Shown one piece after another: positions 9,529-21,290 of a stretch of 64,000 bases of DNA. This stretch comes from Caulobacterales bacterium. GTDB lineage: Bacteria > Pseudomonadota > Alphaproteobacteria > Caulobacterales > Caulobacteraceae. Each line of letters starts with the position of its first letter. Position 1 is the first letter of the stretch. The DNA is taken from the NCBI GenBank assembly GCA_038226475.1, contig JBBRQK010000011.1, forward strand, positions 41,727 to 105,726. The letters run 5' to 3'. Under the pieces are notes generated by a model. That model did no database searches and had not been told where the DNA came from. It saw nothing but the letters and a program-made list of their open reading frames with translations. The translations under genes and the position numbers were made by a program.

Positions 9529-10668
9529 TCATGTTGGCGTCTCCACCATCGCCACCGCCTGAGCCGCAAGGCCCTCTTCGCGGCCGGTGAAGCCCATGGT
9601 CTCGGTGGTCGTGGCCTTAACACTGACCCTGGCCGCGGGCAGGCCCAGCAGGTCCGCGATGCGCGCCCGCATGCCGTCGCGGTGCGGCTTGATCTTCGGC
9701 CGCTCGCAGATGAGCGTCACATCGACATTGATCACCCGGCCGCCGCGGGCCCCGATCAGCTTTGCCGCATGCTGGATGAACAGCGATGACGGGGCGTCCT
9801 TCCACTGGGGCTCGGTCGGGGGGAAGTGGTCGCCGATGTCGCCCACGCCGACCGCGCCCAGCAAGGCGTCGGTGAGGGCGTGCAATCCCGCGTCGGCGTC
9901 GCTGTGGCCGATCAGTCCGCGCTCGTGCGCGATACGCACGCCGCACAGCCAGACCGCGTCGCCGGGCCCAAAACGATGGGCGTCGAAGCCCTGGCCGACC
10001 CGGGTGATCCGGGCGGTTCCCGCCAGAGCTTCGGCCATGGCGAAATCCTCTGGATAGGTGAGCTTCATCAACATAGGGTCGCCGGCGACCTCGGCGACCG
10101 ACCCGCCGGCGCGCTCGAGCACCTGGGCGTCATCGGTGGGCGTCTCGCCCGCGGGCCAAGCCGCATAGGCGTCGACCAGGGCCTGGTATCGAAACGCCTG
10201 GGGCGTCTGGGCGCGCCAAAGACCGTCGCGATCCGCCGTCGTCAGGCCGCTGGGCGAACGCCGCTTCAGTGTGTCGACCGCGGGCAACACCGGCGCCGCG
10301 CCGGGGGCGGTCTCGACCGCTGCGAGCAGGGCCACGATATGCCGTTCGGCCAGGAACGGCCGCGCCGCATCATGGATCAGGACCACATCCGCCGGCTGGC
10401 GCGACAGCGCCGCCAATCCCGCAAGGGTGGACTGGGCCCGCGTCGCGCCTCCGGTGATGGTTTCCCAAGAAGAGAGGCCGGCGAAGGCCGCGCGAGCGGT
10501 CGGCTCGTCGCCTTCGGCCACCACCACGACCACCCGGCGCGCCCCGGCCGCCAGCATCGCCTCTAGCGACCATCGGGCCACGGCTCTTCCAGCCAGCGGC
10601 CGCCATTGCTTGGGCCCGCCAGCCCGGGCGCCGGACCCGGCGGCCACGATGACGGCGTCAAATTCCAT
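9529..10668 (-). CDS. ispDF: Bifunctional IspD/IspF
   Basis: AAGSGARAGGPKQW, AQTPQAF, RVGQGFDAHRF, GHSDADAGLHALTDA. Confidence 0.97.
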   Translation of the reverse strand: MEFDAVIVAAGSGARAGGPKQWRPLAGRAVARWSLEAMLAAGARRVVVVVAEGDEPTARAAFAGLSSWETITGGATRAQSTLAGLAALSRQPADVVLIHDAARPFLAERHIVALLAAVETAPGAAPVLPAVDTLKRRSPSGLTTADRDGLWRAQTPQAFRYQALVDAYAAWPAGETPTDDAQVLERAGGSVAEVAGDPMLMKLTYPEDFAMAEALAGTARITRVGQGFDAHRFGPGDAVWLCGVRIAHERGLIGHSDADAGLHALTDALLGAVGVGDIGDHFPPTEPQWKDAPSSLFIQHAAKLIGARGGRVINVDVTLICERPKIKPHRDGMRARIADLLGLPAARVSVKATTTETMGFTGREEGLAAQAVAMVETPT

Positions 10669-10736
10669 GGCTCTGCTCTATCGCCCCGCGGCCCGGCGCG
10701 CCACTTCCGTTCAAGGCTTTACCGCACCGCACAATA

Positions 10737-10777
10737 TGCCTAAAAAGCGGGCGTGGAGACTGATTGCAAAATAGGCA
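10737..10777. promoter_or_regulatory. Putative tandem NtrC binding sites at the ispDF/dusB-ntrBC divergent promoter
   Basis: TGCC-N9-GGCG (10737-10753) and TGAT-N9-GGCA (10761-10777) with A-rich spacers, resembling the GCC-N9-GGC NtrC site. Confidence 0.5.
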
Positions 10778-11775
10778 ACGGGCCGGACATCGGCGGTCTG
10801 GAGCTCGGATGCGTCTGGCTCGCGCCGATGACCGGGGTCTCCGACCTGCCCTTCCGCCAAGCGGCGACGGCGCTGGGCGCGCCTTATGTGGCCACCGAAA
10901 TGGTCGCTTGCTCGCAGCTCCATGACGCCCGGCCCGATGTCGTCCGCCGCGCCGCCATCGGTGACGGCGCCAACCTCATGGTGGTCCAGTTGGTCGGGTC
11001 GGACCCTCACTGGATGGCGGCGGGGGCCGCCGCGGCCGCTCGCGCGGGGGCGCGGATCGTAGATCTCAATTTCGGTTGTCCCGCCAAGGAAGTCACCGGT
11101 GCTCTCTGCGGGTCGGCCCTGATGCGCGATCTGGCGACCGCGCGATCATTGATCGAAGCGGCCGTGAATGCGGTAGACATCCCGGTGACCGTGAAGATCC
11201 GCCTTGGGTGGGATGAAGCGAGCCGCAACGCCCCGCAATTCGCCGTCATGGCCGAGGCGGCGGGCGCCAGGGCGATTACCGTGCACGGTCGCACTCGCCG
11301 TAAATTCTATTCAGGTCAGGCCGATTGGACGGCGGTGCGCGCGGTCAGTCAGGCGGTCTCGATCCCGGTCATCGTCAACGGCGATATCGTCGATGGAGCC
11401 TCCGCAACAGCGGCCCTGCGGGCGTCCGGCGCCGATGCGGTGATGATCGGCCGCGCGGCGATCGGCCGGCCCTGGATCGCCACCGGCATCGAGCGCGAGC
11501 TGCGTGGCGAGATGTGGCGGCCGCCGCATGGCGAGGCTCTTGCGAGCCTCGTGTTGAACCATCTGGCGGCCAGCCTGACCTTCTACGGCGAACGGGTCGG
11601 ACTGCGGATGTTCCGCAAGCATCTGGCCGCCTATGTCGAGGCCTCTGCGTGGCCCTATGCGCCACTGCGGCGACGTGAGGAGCGGGCGCGGCTGTGCCGG
11701 CTCGAGAACCCGGCTGACGTTCGTCGAGGCGTTCGCGACTTGTGGGCGGACGCGCCAATCGGGCTCGCCGCGTGA
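10753..11775 (+). CDS. dusB: tRNA dihydrouridine synthase DusB (NifR3)
   Basis: LAPMTGVSD, DLNFGCP, VTVKIRLGWD, TVHGRT, VMIGRAA. Confidence 0.95.
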   Translation: METDCKIGNGPDIGGLELGCVWLAPMTGVSDLPFRQAATALGAPYVATEMVACSQLHDARPDVVRRAAIGDGANLMVVQLVGSDPHWMAAGAAAAARAGARIVDLNFGCPAKEVTGALCGSALMRDLATARSLIEAAVNAVDIPVTVKIRLGWDEASRNAPQFAVMAEAAGARAITVHGRTRRKFYSGQADWTAVRAVSQAVSIPVIVNGDIVDGASATAALRASGADAVMIGRAAIGRPWIATGIERELRGEMWRPPHGEALASLVLNHLAASLTFYGERVGLRMFRKHLAAYVEASAWPYAPLRRREERARLCRLENPADVRRGVRDLWADAPIGLAA

Positions 11776-12884
11776 GCGGCCGCCGCGCCCTGGCGCCCAT
11801 GGACGTTCCTGTCGAAAGCTACCGCGTCGCGGCCTTCGATCTGGGTCCGGAGCCAGCCCTGGTGCTCGATCGCGACGGCGCCCTCGTGGCGGTAAACGAG
11901 GCAGCCGAGGCCCTGTTCGGTCAGGGGTTGGCGCTGCTGAGCCGAGGCCGTCTGCGCACCGCCCTGCCTCCGGGCTCCCCGCTGAACGGCCTGATCGACC
12001 GCTGCACCGCCGAGTCCGGCGTGGTGCGCGAGCGCGGTCTGCAGGTGAACGTTTTTGGCCATCCGCCCTTTGTCGCCGATGGCTCGGCCACCCCCTTGGG
12101 CGCGGGAGCGGTGCTGCTCACCTTGCGCGTTCGGGCCGCGTCCCTGGCGGCTGAGCGGGCCGCCGACGTGGCGGGACTGCATTCCGTGGTCGGGCTGGGC
12201 CGGATGCTGGCGCACGAGATCAAGAACCCACTGGCCGGAATCAGGGGCGCGGCGCAGCTTCTGAAGACCGGCCTGGCCGCGCAGGACATCCCCCTGGCCC
12301 AGCTGATCGTCGATGAGACCGAGCGCATCCGCCGCCTGGTCGATCGCATGGAAGCGTTCTCCGACGACGTCGAGCCTGTGCTCTCCGAAGTCAATATACA
12401 CCGCGTGCTCGATCGGGTGCGGGCCTTGGCCGCCAATGGCGTCGCCGACGGCATCGTGATCCGGGAGAACTATGATCCCTCCCTGCCGCCGGCGCTCGGC
12501 GAGGAGGACCAGTTGATCCAGGTGTTTCTCAACCTGGTCAAGAACGCCGCGGAGGCCGCGCGCGCGCGGGGCGACGGCCGAGGCGAGATCACCATCACCA
12601 CCGCCTACCGTCACGGCGTCAGGGTCAAGAGCGGCCAGAGCCGCGCCTCCCAGGGCGCTCCGTTGGAGGTCAAGGTTCTGGATAATGGCCCCGGCGTCCC
12701 GGTCCACCTTCGCGATCACCTGTTCGAACCGTTCGTCACCAGCAAGGCGCGTGGCACCGGACTGGGCCTCGCACTGGTGGCCAAGCTCGTCGCCGGCGAC
12801 GGCGGCCTGGTCGATTTCGAGTCGGAGGCGGGCCGCACGCTCTTTCGTGTCCTGCTGCCTATAGCGCCCGAACGCGGCGCCTGA
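11772..12884 (+). CDS. ntrB: Nitrogen-regulation sensor kinase NtrB (start 11772 or 11799)
   Basis: PAS domain, LAHEIKNPLAGIRGAAQLL, YDPSLP, GTGLGL; dusB-ntrB-ntrC order. Confidence 0.95.
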   Translation: MSGRRALAPMDVPVESYRVAAFDLGPEPALVLDRDGALVAVNEAAEALFGQGLALLSRGRLRTALPPGSPLNGLIDRCTAESGVVRERGLQVNVFGHPPFVADGSATPLGAGAVLLTLRVRAASLAAERAADVAGLHSVVGLGRMLAHEIKNPLAGIRGAAQLLKTGLAAQDIPLAQLIVDETERIRRLVDRMEAFSDDVEPVLSEVNIHRVLDRVRALAANGVADGIVIRENYDPSLPPALGEEDQLIQVFLNLVKNAAEAARARGDGRGEITITTAYRHGVRVKSGQSRASQGAPLEVKVLDNGPGVPVHLRDHLFEPFVTSKARGTGLGLALVAKLVAGDGGLVDFESEAGRTLFRVLLPIAPERGA

Positions 12885-12908
12885 AACCCGCCCTAGGATC
12901 CCGCCCGC

Positions 12909-14327
<1,419 letters not shown>

Positions 14328-14347
14328 CGCCTGCCCGCCACTGACTG

Positions 14348-14377
14348 TTGAATTTGGGGCACACTCGGGCCTAGAGT
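14348..14377 (+). promoter_or_regulatory. Putative sigma70 promoter for ntrY, likely leaderless
   Basis: TTGAAT-N18-TAGAGT, ending 7 nt before ATG 14385. Confidence 0.45.
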
Positions 14378-14381
14378 CGTC

Positions 14382-16577
14382 GTGATGCTGCGTGGCGCTC
14401 TCGCTTCCCCGACCGTCATGGGCGGCTGTTACGTCGCCGCGGCGCTTCTGACCGTCGCCGCCGTTGCGCTCGGAACCTCGCCGACACTTACCGGTCCGCT
14501 GGGTCCCGCCAGCCCGATGGCTCTGGGCCTGCTGGGGCTGGGCCTGCTGCTGATCGCGCCGCCGGCGGCGCGCCTTTCCTGGCGCATGGCCCGGCTGCTA
14601 CGCGCCCAGGCGCGCGACCCGGGCGCTCGCCTGCAGCTGCGTTTCGTGGCCCTGTTCGCCCTGGCCGCGGTGGCGCCCGCGGTCATCGTGGCCCTGTTCT
14701 TCGGTGTTCTGGTGACCCGCGGTGTCGACAACTGGTTTAGCGCCCGAGTGCAGACTGTTGTGGAAAACTCGGCGACCGTCGCCAGGTCGTATGTCAACGA
14801 GCAGAAGTCTTCGATCGGCGGGCACATGGGTCGCATGGCCCACGAACTCGACCAGGCCGCACCAACCCTGGCGGACACACCGGTAGCGTTCTCCCGCTAC
14901 CTTCGAGATCTCGCGCAGGATAATGGTTTCAGCGCGGCCTATCTGATCGACCGTGAGGGCAGGGTCTTGGCCCGCGCCGATTCGACGGCGGGAGCGCCGC
15001 TCCTGATTCCTCCTCTCGCGACGTTTCGCGCCGCCAACGAGGGCGACGTTTCAGTCGGCGCTTTCGAATCGGTCGATCTGTTCCGCGCTCTCTATCGTCT
15101 TCGAGGCTATGCCGACGCCTACCTCTATGTCGTGCGACCGCTCGATCCGGGCATTTTCCGCCACTTGCGCCTGACCGAGGCTTCGCTCGCGGCCTATCGG
15201 GAGGCCAAGGCCAGTCGAACCCGAATCCAGGGTGCTTTCGCTCTTTCGTATCTGGAAACGGTCCTGCTGGTGCTGGTCGGCGCAGTGTGGCTCGGCATGG
15301 CTGCGGCCAACAGCATTGCCGCGCCGGTCGCGCGCCTTGTCCAGGCAGCCGGCCGCGTCGCCGCCGGGGACCTTTCAGCCCAGGTCGACACGCGACGCGA
15401 CCCAGAGGAGATCGCGGTCCTCTCGCGCGCCTTCAATCGCATGACCCGTGACCTCAAGGATCAGCAGGAGGCCTTGCGCGCCGCCCAAGTCGAGGCCGAG
15501 TCGCGCCGATTGTTCACCGAGGCGGTGCTGCTGGGCGTCAGCGCCGGGGTGATCGGCCTGGATCCGGCGGGGCGCGTCTCCGCCGTCAACCGTCAGGCCG
15601 CGAGACTTTTGGCCCTTGCCTCGGAAAGCGCCGCCGGCCGGCGCTTGGCCGATATCGCCCCTGAACTCGCCCCTGTCGCCGCCGCCGCCGCCGTCCACGG
15701 CGGAGAAGCGGAAGAGGATGTCGATCTCACCCGGTCGGGCGAATCGCGCCGGCTGCGGGTCCGCGCCAGCCACGGCGCGGAGGGTGTGGTGCTGACCTTC
15801 GACGACATCACCCGCCTTGTCGCGGCCCAGCGAAACGCCGCCTGGCGCGATGTCGCCCGTCGCATCGCCCACGAGATCAAGAATCCGCTCACCCCGATCC
15901 AGCTGTCGGCCGAGCGCTTGCGCCGCAAATACCGCCGCGAGATCAGCGGCGATGTGGAGACCTTCGATCTGCTCACCGACACCATCATCCGCCAAGTGGG
16001 CGACATCGGTCGCATGGTCGACGAGTTCTCGGCTTTCGCCCGGATGCCGGCCCCCACCTTCGCCCCGAACGACGCGGCCGAGCTCCTGCGTCAGGCGGCA
16101 TTCGCACAGCGCGTCGCCGATCCGGCGGTCGTCGTCGATATCGCGCCCGCTCCGGGCGCCGTCACCCTGATGTGCGACGGTCGCATCGTCGGCCAGGCCC
16201 TGACCAATGTGTTCAAGAACGCGGGCGAAGCGATCGCGGCCCGCCGCGCCCTGGAGCCCGGGCTCGCCGGCCATATCCGCGCCGCGGTGATCGTCGAAGG
16301 TGGCGGCGTGTCGTTCGTAGTCGAGGACAACGGCGTGGGCCTGCCGGCCAAGGATCGCGACCGGCTGACCGAGCCGTATGTCACCACCAGAGCCAAGGGA
16401 ACAGGGCTGGGCTTGGCCATCGTCAAGCGGATCCTGGAGGATCATGGCGGAACTCTGACGCTGTTGGAGGCGGCGGAGCAGCCCGGCGCTCGGATACTGC
16501 TGAGCTTCCCGCTTGGCGGTTCGAGTGTGGCGTCGGCGGCGGCGACGGTCGCGGATGAAAGAAAGGTGCGCGCATGA
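14382..16577 (+). CDS. ntrY: Sensor histidine kinase NtrY
   Basis: TM helices, HAMP, PAS, AWRDVARRIAHEIKNPLTPIQLSAERL. Confidence 0.95.
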   Translation: MMLRGALASPTVMGGCYVAAALLTVAAVALGTSPTLTGPLGPASPMALGLLGLGLLLIAPPAARLSWRMARLLRAQARDPGARLQLRFVALFALAAVAPAVIVALFFGVLVTRGVDNWFSARVQTVVENSATVARSYVNEQKSSIGGHMGRMAHELDQAAPTLADTPVAFSRYLRDLAQDNGFSAAYLIDREGRVLARADSTAGAPLLIPPLATFRAANEGDVSVGAFESVDLFRALYRLRGYADAYLYVVRPLDPGIFRHLRLTEASLAAYREAKASRTRIQGAFALSYLETVLLVLVGAVWLGMAAANSIAAPVARLVQAAGRVAAGDLSAQVDTRRDPEEIAVLSRAFNRMTRDLKDQQEALRAAQVEAESRRLFTEAVLLGVSAGVIGLDPAGRVSAVNRQAARLLALASESAAGRRLADIAPELAPVAAAAAVHGGEAEEDVDLTRSGESRRLRVRASHGAEGVVLTFDDITRLVAAQRNAAWRDVARRIAHEIKNPLTPIQLSAERLRRKYRREISGDVETFDLLTDTIIRQVGDIGRMVDEFSAFARMPAPTFAPNDAAELLRQAAFAQRVADPAVVVDIAPAPGAVTLMCDGRIVGQALTNVFKNAGEAIAARRALEPGLAGHIRAAVIVEGGGVSFVVEDNGVGLPAKDRDRLTEPYVTTRAKGTGLGLAIVKRILEDHGGTLTLLEAAEQPGARILLSFPLGGSSVASAAATVADERKVRA

Positions 16578-17974
16578 GGGGCGATGTTCTGGTCGTGGAC
16601 GACGAGGTCGACATCCGCGAACTGGTGGCCGCCATCCTGCGTGACGAGGGCTATGGCGTGCGCACCGCCCAGGATTCCGAGACCGCCCTGGCCGCCATAC
16701 GCGCGCGCAAGCCATCCCTGCTGGTGCTCGACATCTGGATGAAGGGCGGCGGCCTCGACGGCCTCGAGCTGCTGGATGTGGTCAAGTCCCTGGACGCCGA
16801 CCTGCCGGTGATCATGATCTCCGGCCACGGCACGATCGAGACCGCGGTCAGCGCGATCAAGCGCGGGGCCTACGACTTTCTCGAGAAGCCGTTCAAATCC
16901 GACCGCCTCATGCTCCTGGTCGATCGCGCGTTGGAGGCGGCCGATCTGAAGCGCGAGAACCGTCGGCTGCGCACCCAGGCCATCGTGCCCGACGGCATGC
17001 TGGGCGCCTCCGCGGCGGCGCAGTTGCTGCGACAGACCATCGCCAAGGTCGCCTCGGCCAACAGTCGGGTCCTGATTTCCGGGCCGCCCGGCGCCGGCAA
17101 GGAAACGGCCGCGCGCCTGATCCACGCTGCAAGCCCGAGGGCTCGCGCCGAGTTCGTGGCCATCAGCGCCGCTGGCATGACTCCCGAGCGGCTCGATCTG
17201 GAGTTCTTCGGCGAGGAGGGCGAGGGGGGCCGGACGCGGAAGATCGGCGTGTTCGAGCGCGCCCACGGGGGCACACTCTATATCGACGATGTGGCCGACA
17301 TGCCGCGCGAGACCCAGAGCCGGATCCTGCGCGTCTTGGTGGAACAGCGTTTCCGCCGCGTCGGCGGCGACACCGATGTTCAGGTGGATGTGCGCGTCGT
17401 ATCCTCCACCTCGCGTGACCTGCGCGAGGAGATCGCCGCCGGACGCCTGCGCGAGGACCTGTTTCACCGCCTCAACGTCGTACCTCTGCGCGTCCCCGGG
17501 CTCGCCGAGCGGCGCGAGGATATCCCCGAGCTCATCAGCTACTATATCGACCGTTTGAGCGAAGCGTCGGGCCTGCCGAAGCGGCGTCTGGCCGACGACG
17601 CCTACGCCACCCTGCAGGTGCAGTCCTGGCCCGGCAACGTGCGCCAGTTACGCAACGTCGTGGAGCGAATTCTGATCCTGGCCGCCGGCGATCCTTCGCA
17701 ACCGATCTCCGCCGAAATGCTGCCCCCCGACGCCAGCGCCGCGCCCAGCGCCGCCGGGCTCGCCGCCGAGCGAATCATCGCCCTGCCGCTGCGCGAAGCG
17801 CGCGAGCTCTTCGAGCGCGAATATCTCGACGCCCAGATCGTTCGCTTCGGCGGTAACATTTCGCGCACCGCCGGGTTTATCGGCATGGAGCGCTCCGCCC
17901 TGCACCGCAAGCTCAAGTCGCTCGGCTTCGGCGGCGCCAAGGGCGAAGAGGTCGCGGCCGAGGGGGAGGGCTGA
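16574..17974 (+). CDS. ntrX: Response regulator NtrX
   Basis: LDIWM receiver, SGHGTIETAV, AAA+ domain, FGGNISRTAGFIGMERSALHRKLK. Confidence 0.95.
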   Translation: MRGDVLVVDDEVDIRELVAAILRDEGYGVRTAQDSETALAAIRARKPSLLVLDIWMKGGGLDGLELLDVVKSLDADLPVIMISGHGTIETAVSAIKRGAYDFLEKPFKSDRLMLLVDRALEAADLKRENRRLRTQAIVPDGMLGASAAAQLLRQTIAKVASANSRVLISGPPGAGKETAARLIHAASPRARAEFVAISAAGMTPERLDLEFFGEEGEGGRTRKIGVFERAHGGTLYIDDVADMPRETQSRILRVLVEQRFRRVGGDTDVQVDVRVVSSTSRDLREEIAAGRLREDLFHRLNVVPLRVPGLAERREDIPELISYYIDRLSEASGLPKRRLADDAYATLQVQSWPGNVRQLRNVVERILILAAGDPSQPISAEMLPPDASAAPSAAGLAAERIIALPLREARELFEREYLDAQIVRFGGNISRTAGFIGMERSALHRKLKSLGFGGAKGEEVAAEGEG

Positions 17975-18837
17975 TGTCGCGCATCGCCTATGTCAACGGC
18001 CGCTTCGTGCGCCACGCCGAAGCGGCGGTGCACATCGAGGACCGCGGCTACCAGTTCGCCGACGGCGTCTATGAGGTGTGGGCCGTGTTCGATGGCCGAC
18101 TGTCGGACGCGGAAGGTCACTTCGCCCGATTGGAGCGCAGCCTGGGAGAGCTCGCCATCCCCGCGCCCCTGGCGCGCGAGCCCTTACGCATTGTTCTGCG
18201 CGAGATGGCGCGACGAAACCATTTGGGAGACGGCCTTATCTATCTTCAGGTGACACGCGGCGTGGCGCGGCGCGATCATGCGTTTCCCGATCCGCCCGTG
18301 GCCTCCGCCCTCGTGATCACCGCCCGGCGGGTGGATCACGCCGCCGCCGAGGCCCGCGCCGCCAAGGGCGTGGGCGTCGTCACCCTCGATGAGAATCGCT
18401 GGGGACGATGCGACATCAAGAGCATCGCACTGCTGCCCAACGTGCTGGCTAAGCAGGCAGCCAAGCAGGCGGGCGCCACGGAGGCCTGGTTCGTGGATTC
18501 GCTGGGTTTGGTGACGGAAGGGGCGTCGAGCAACGCCTGGATCGTCGACGCCGACGGCGTCCTGCGCACCCGTGACGTACAGGCCAACATCCTGCGCGGT
18601 ATCACGCGCCAGACACTGCTCGGAGTGCTGGAGGCACAGGGCGTGACGGTAGAGCAGCGCCCGTTCACCGTCGAGGAAGCGCGATCCGCGCGCGAAGCCT
18701 TCATAACAGGCGCCGGAACCCTGGTCATGCCCGTGGTCAAGATCGATGGTCACCGGGTGGGCGACGGCGCCCCGGGTCCGATGGCGAAACGCCTGCGCCA
18801 ACTCTATATCGACGAGGCCCGCCGCACCGCCTGGTGA
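17974..18837 (+). CDS. dat: D-amino-acid transaminase (PLP class IV)
   Basis: IEDRGYQFADGVYEV, RWGRCDIKS, VTEGASSN, ILRGITR. Confidence 0.9.
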   Translation: MSRIAYVNGRFVRHAEAAVHIEDRGYQFADGVYEVWAVFDGRLSDAEGHFARLERSLGELAIPAPLAREPLRIVLREMARRNHLGDGLIYLQVTRGVARRDHAFPDPPVASALVITARRVDHAAAEARAAKGVGVVTLDENRWGRCDIKSIALLPNVLAKQAAKQAGATEAWFVDSLGLVTEGASSNAWIVDADGVLRTRDVQANILRGITRQTLLGVLEAQGVTVEQRPFTVEEARSAREAFITGAGTLVMPVVKIDGHRVGDGAPGPMAKRLRQLYIDEARRTAW

Positions 18838-18873
18838 CGCCGGTTGCAACTCATGTGTGTGCGGAGCTGAAAC

Positions 18874-19128
18874 GTGCCGACCGAAAAGAAGCAGAATCTG
18901 CAGGACACCTTCCTGAACAGCGTGCGCAAGGCCAAGACGCCGTTGACTATTTTCCTGGTGAACGGCGTGAAGTTGCAGGGGGTGGTGAGCTGGTTCGACA
19001 ATTTCTGCGTCCTTCTTCGTCGCGATGGCCAAGCGCAGCTGGTCTATAAGCACGCAATTTCCACCATCATGCCGGCCCAGCCCGTCCAGCTGTACGAGCC
19101 GCCGGCCGAAGACGACGGCGACGATTGA
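18874..19128 (+). CDS. hfq: RNA chaperone Hfq
   Basis: [29 protein letters not shown]. Confidence 0.98.
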   Translation: MPTEKKQNLQDTFLNSVRKAKTPLTIFLVNGVKLQGVVSWFDNFCVLLRRDGQAQLVYKHAISTIMPAQPVQLYEPPAEDDGDD

Positions 19129-20432
19129 ACACACGCTCCATCGATAGAACCGTTCCGGCGCAGCGCGCGCTGGTGCTCCATCCGGTCCGGCGGCGGACGG
19201 ACGGCGGCCGTGCGAGCGGTGCGCGGCTTGACGAGGCCGTCGGGTTGGCGGCCGCGCTCGACCTGGTGGTGGCCGAGGCCTTGCTCCTGCCGTTGCGCGG
19301 CGTGACCCCGGCGACGCTCATCGGCCACGGCAAGGTCGAGGAACTTGGGGCGCTGAGCACATCGCTCGAGATCGATGTGGTGGTGGTGGACGATGCCTTG
19401 ACGCCGATCCAGCAGCGCAATCTGGAGCGGGCCTGGAAGGTCAAGGTGATCGATCGAACCGGCCTCATCCTGGAGATCTTTGCGCGCCGCGCCCGCACCA
19501 AGGAAGGCCGCTTGCAGGTAGAGCTGGCGCGCCTGGACTATGAGCGCTCTCGTCTCGTGCGCACCTGGACCCACCTCGAGCGCCAGCGCGGCGGGTTCGG
19601 ATTCCTGGGCGGTCCGGGGGAGACCCAGATCGAGGCCGACCGGCGCCTTCTCGTCGACCGTATCGTCAAGCTCAAGATCGAGATCGCCGATGTGCGCCGC
19701 ACCCGCGGCTTGCAGCGGCAGGCCCGAAAGCGCGTCCCTTACCCGACAGTCGCCCTGGTCGGATACACCAACGCCGGCAAGTCGACCCTGTTCAACCGCC
19801 TGACCGACTCGGCGGTGCTGGCCAAGTCGATGCTGTTCGCCACACTCGATCCGACGCTTCGCCAGCTGAGGCTTCGCGGCGGCCGGCCGGTGATCCTGTC
19901 GGACACCGTCGGTTTCATTTCCGAGCTGCCGCACGAACTGGTCGACGCCTTCCGCGCCACGCTGGACGAGGTGCGGGAGGCCGACCTCATCCTGCATGTG
20001 CGCGACATCGCCGCCGACGATTCCGAGGCCGAGGCGGCGGATGTCGCCAAGGTGCTGGCCGACCTGGGCCTCGGCCCCGAGTCCGGGCGCCGGGTGATCG
20101 AGGTGTGGAACAAGATTGACCTGCTGGACGAGGTGGGGCGCGAAGCCCTGGACGAAACCGCACGACGGGCCGGCGCCGTCGCGGTCTCGTCGGTCACCGG
20201 CGAAGGGGTCGAGGCGCTGCGGGAACGTCTGGCCAGCTTTGTCGACGATGCGCCCGAACTGACCTTCCGGCTGGCCCCTTCCGATGGCGATGCCCTGGCT
20301 TGGCTCTACCGTCACGGCCGCGTCACGTCGCGCGAGGAACGTGGCGAGGCGACGCTGGTTTGCGCCCGCCTCGATGCTCAGGCGCTGGGGCGATTCGAAC
20401 GCCTGTGGCCCCAGGCGCAGCAGCCATGCTGA
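19125..20432 (+). CDS. hflX: Ribosome-splitting GTPase HflX
   Basis: [37 protein letters not shown]. Confidence 0.97.
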   Translation: MNTRSIDRTVPAQRALVLHPVRRRTDGGRASGARLDEAVGLAAALDLVVAEALLLPLRGVTPATLIGHGKVEELGALSTSLEIDVVVVDDALTPIQQRNLERAWKVKVIDRTGLILEIFARRARTKEGRLQVELARLDYERSRLVRTWTHLERQRGGFGFLGGPGETQIEADRRLLVDRIVKLKIEIADVRRTRGLQRQARKRVPYPTVALVGYTNAGKSTLFNRLTDSAVLAKSMLFATLDPTLRQLRLRGGRPVILSDTVGFISELPHELVDAFRATLDEVREADLILHVRDIAADDSEAEAADVAKVLADLGLGPESGRRVIEVWNKIDLLDEVGREALDETARRAGAVAVSSVTGEGVEALRERLASFVDDAPELTFRLAPSDGDALAWLYRHGRVTSREERGEATLVCARLDAQALGRFERLWPQAQQPC

Positions 20433-20475
20433 CGATCGCCGTCCGGTCCGCGCTCATCGTCGCCATCCCGGCGCC

Positions 20476-21255
20476 TCAGCTGTCGGGTGCCGATGCCGTG
20501 ACGCGTTCCTCCGCCTTGGCGGCGTTCCACAGGCCGTCCATCTCGGCGAGGTCGGAAGACTCCGGCGTTCGCCCCATCTGAGCCAGCCGACGCTCGATGA
20601 AGCCGAACCGGCGCACGAACTTGGCGTTTGTGGCGCGCAGGGCGGCCTCGGGGTCGATTTCGAGCGCCCGGGCGATGTTGGCGCAGACGAACAGGACGTC
20701 GCCCAGTTCGGCCTCGGCCTGGCCTTTGTCCCCGGCGGCCAGTTCGACCTCCAGTTCGGCCACTTCCTCGTGCAGCTTGGCCATGACGTCGCTCACCGTC
20801 GGCCACACGAACCCGACCCGCGCCGCCCGGCCAGCCAGCTTGGCCGCCCGCGTCAGGGCCGGAAGGGCCAAAGCCACGCCCTCCAGCGCCCCGCCCGACG
20901 GACCGGCCTTGGCGGCCCGCTCCCGCGCCTTGCTCGCCCCCCAGGCCGCCGTCTGCTCGGACGAGTTGCGCGCGGCTGCGGCGGCGAACACGTGCGGGTG
21001 GCGGCGGATCATCTTGTCGGTGACTGCCTGTACGACATCGTCGAAGGCGAAGGCGCCGGCTTCCTCCGCCATGCGGGCATGAAACACCACCTGCAGCAGC
21101 AAATCGCCCAGTTCGTCTTTCAGGTCGTTCAGATCACCGCGCCCGATGGCGTCGGCCACCTCGTACGCCTCCTCAATCGTGTAGGGCGCGATGGTGGCGA
21201 AGGTCTGCTCTAGGTCCCAGGCACAGCCGCCGTCCGGCGCGCGCAGGCGCGCCAT
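20476..21255 (-). CDS. mazG: Nucleoside triphosphate pyrophosphohydrolase MazG (true start possibly CTG at 21294)
   Basis: MARLR..GCAWD.EQT, EEAYEV, DELGDLLLQVVFH, RRHPHVF, second ELGD motif. Confidence 0.95.
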   Translation of the reverse strand: MARLRAPDGGCAWDLEQTFATIAPYTIEEAYEVADAIGRGDLNDLKDELGDLLLQVVFHARMAEEAGAFAFDDVVQAVTDKMIRRHPHVFAAAAARNSSEQTAAWGASKARERAAKAGPSGGALEGVALALPALTRAAKLAGRAARVGFVWPTVSDVMAKLHEEVAELEVELAAGDKGQAEAELGDVLFVCANIARALEIDPEAALRATNAKFVRRFGFIERRLAQMGRTPESSDLAEMDGLWNAAKAEERVTASAPDS

Positions 21256-21290
21256 GATCTCGATCAGCCGGTCGATCGGCGCCCCGCCCT

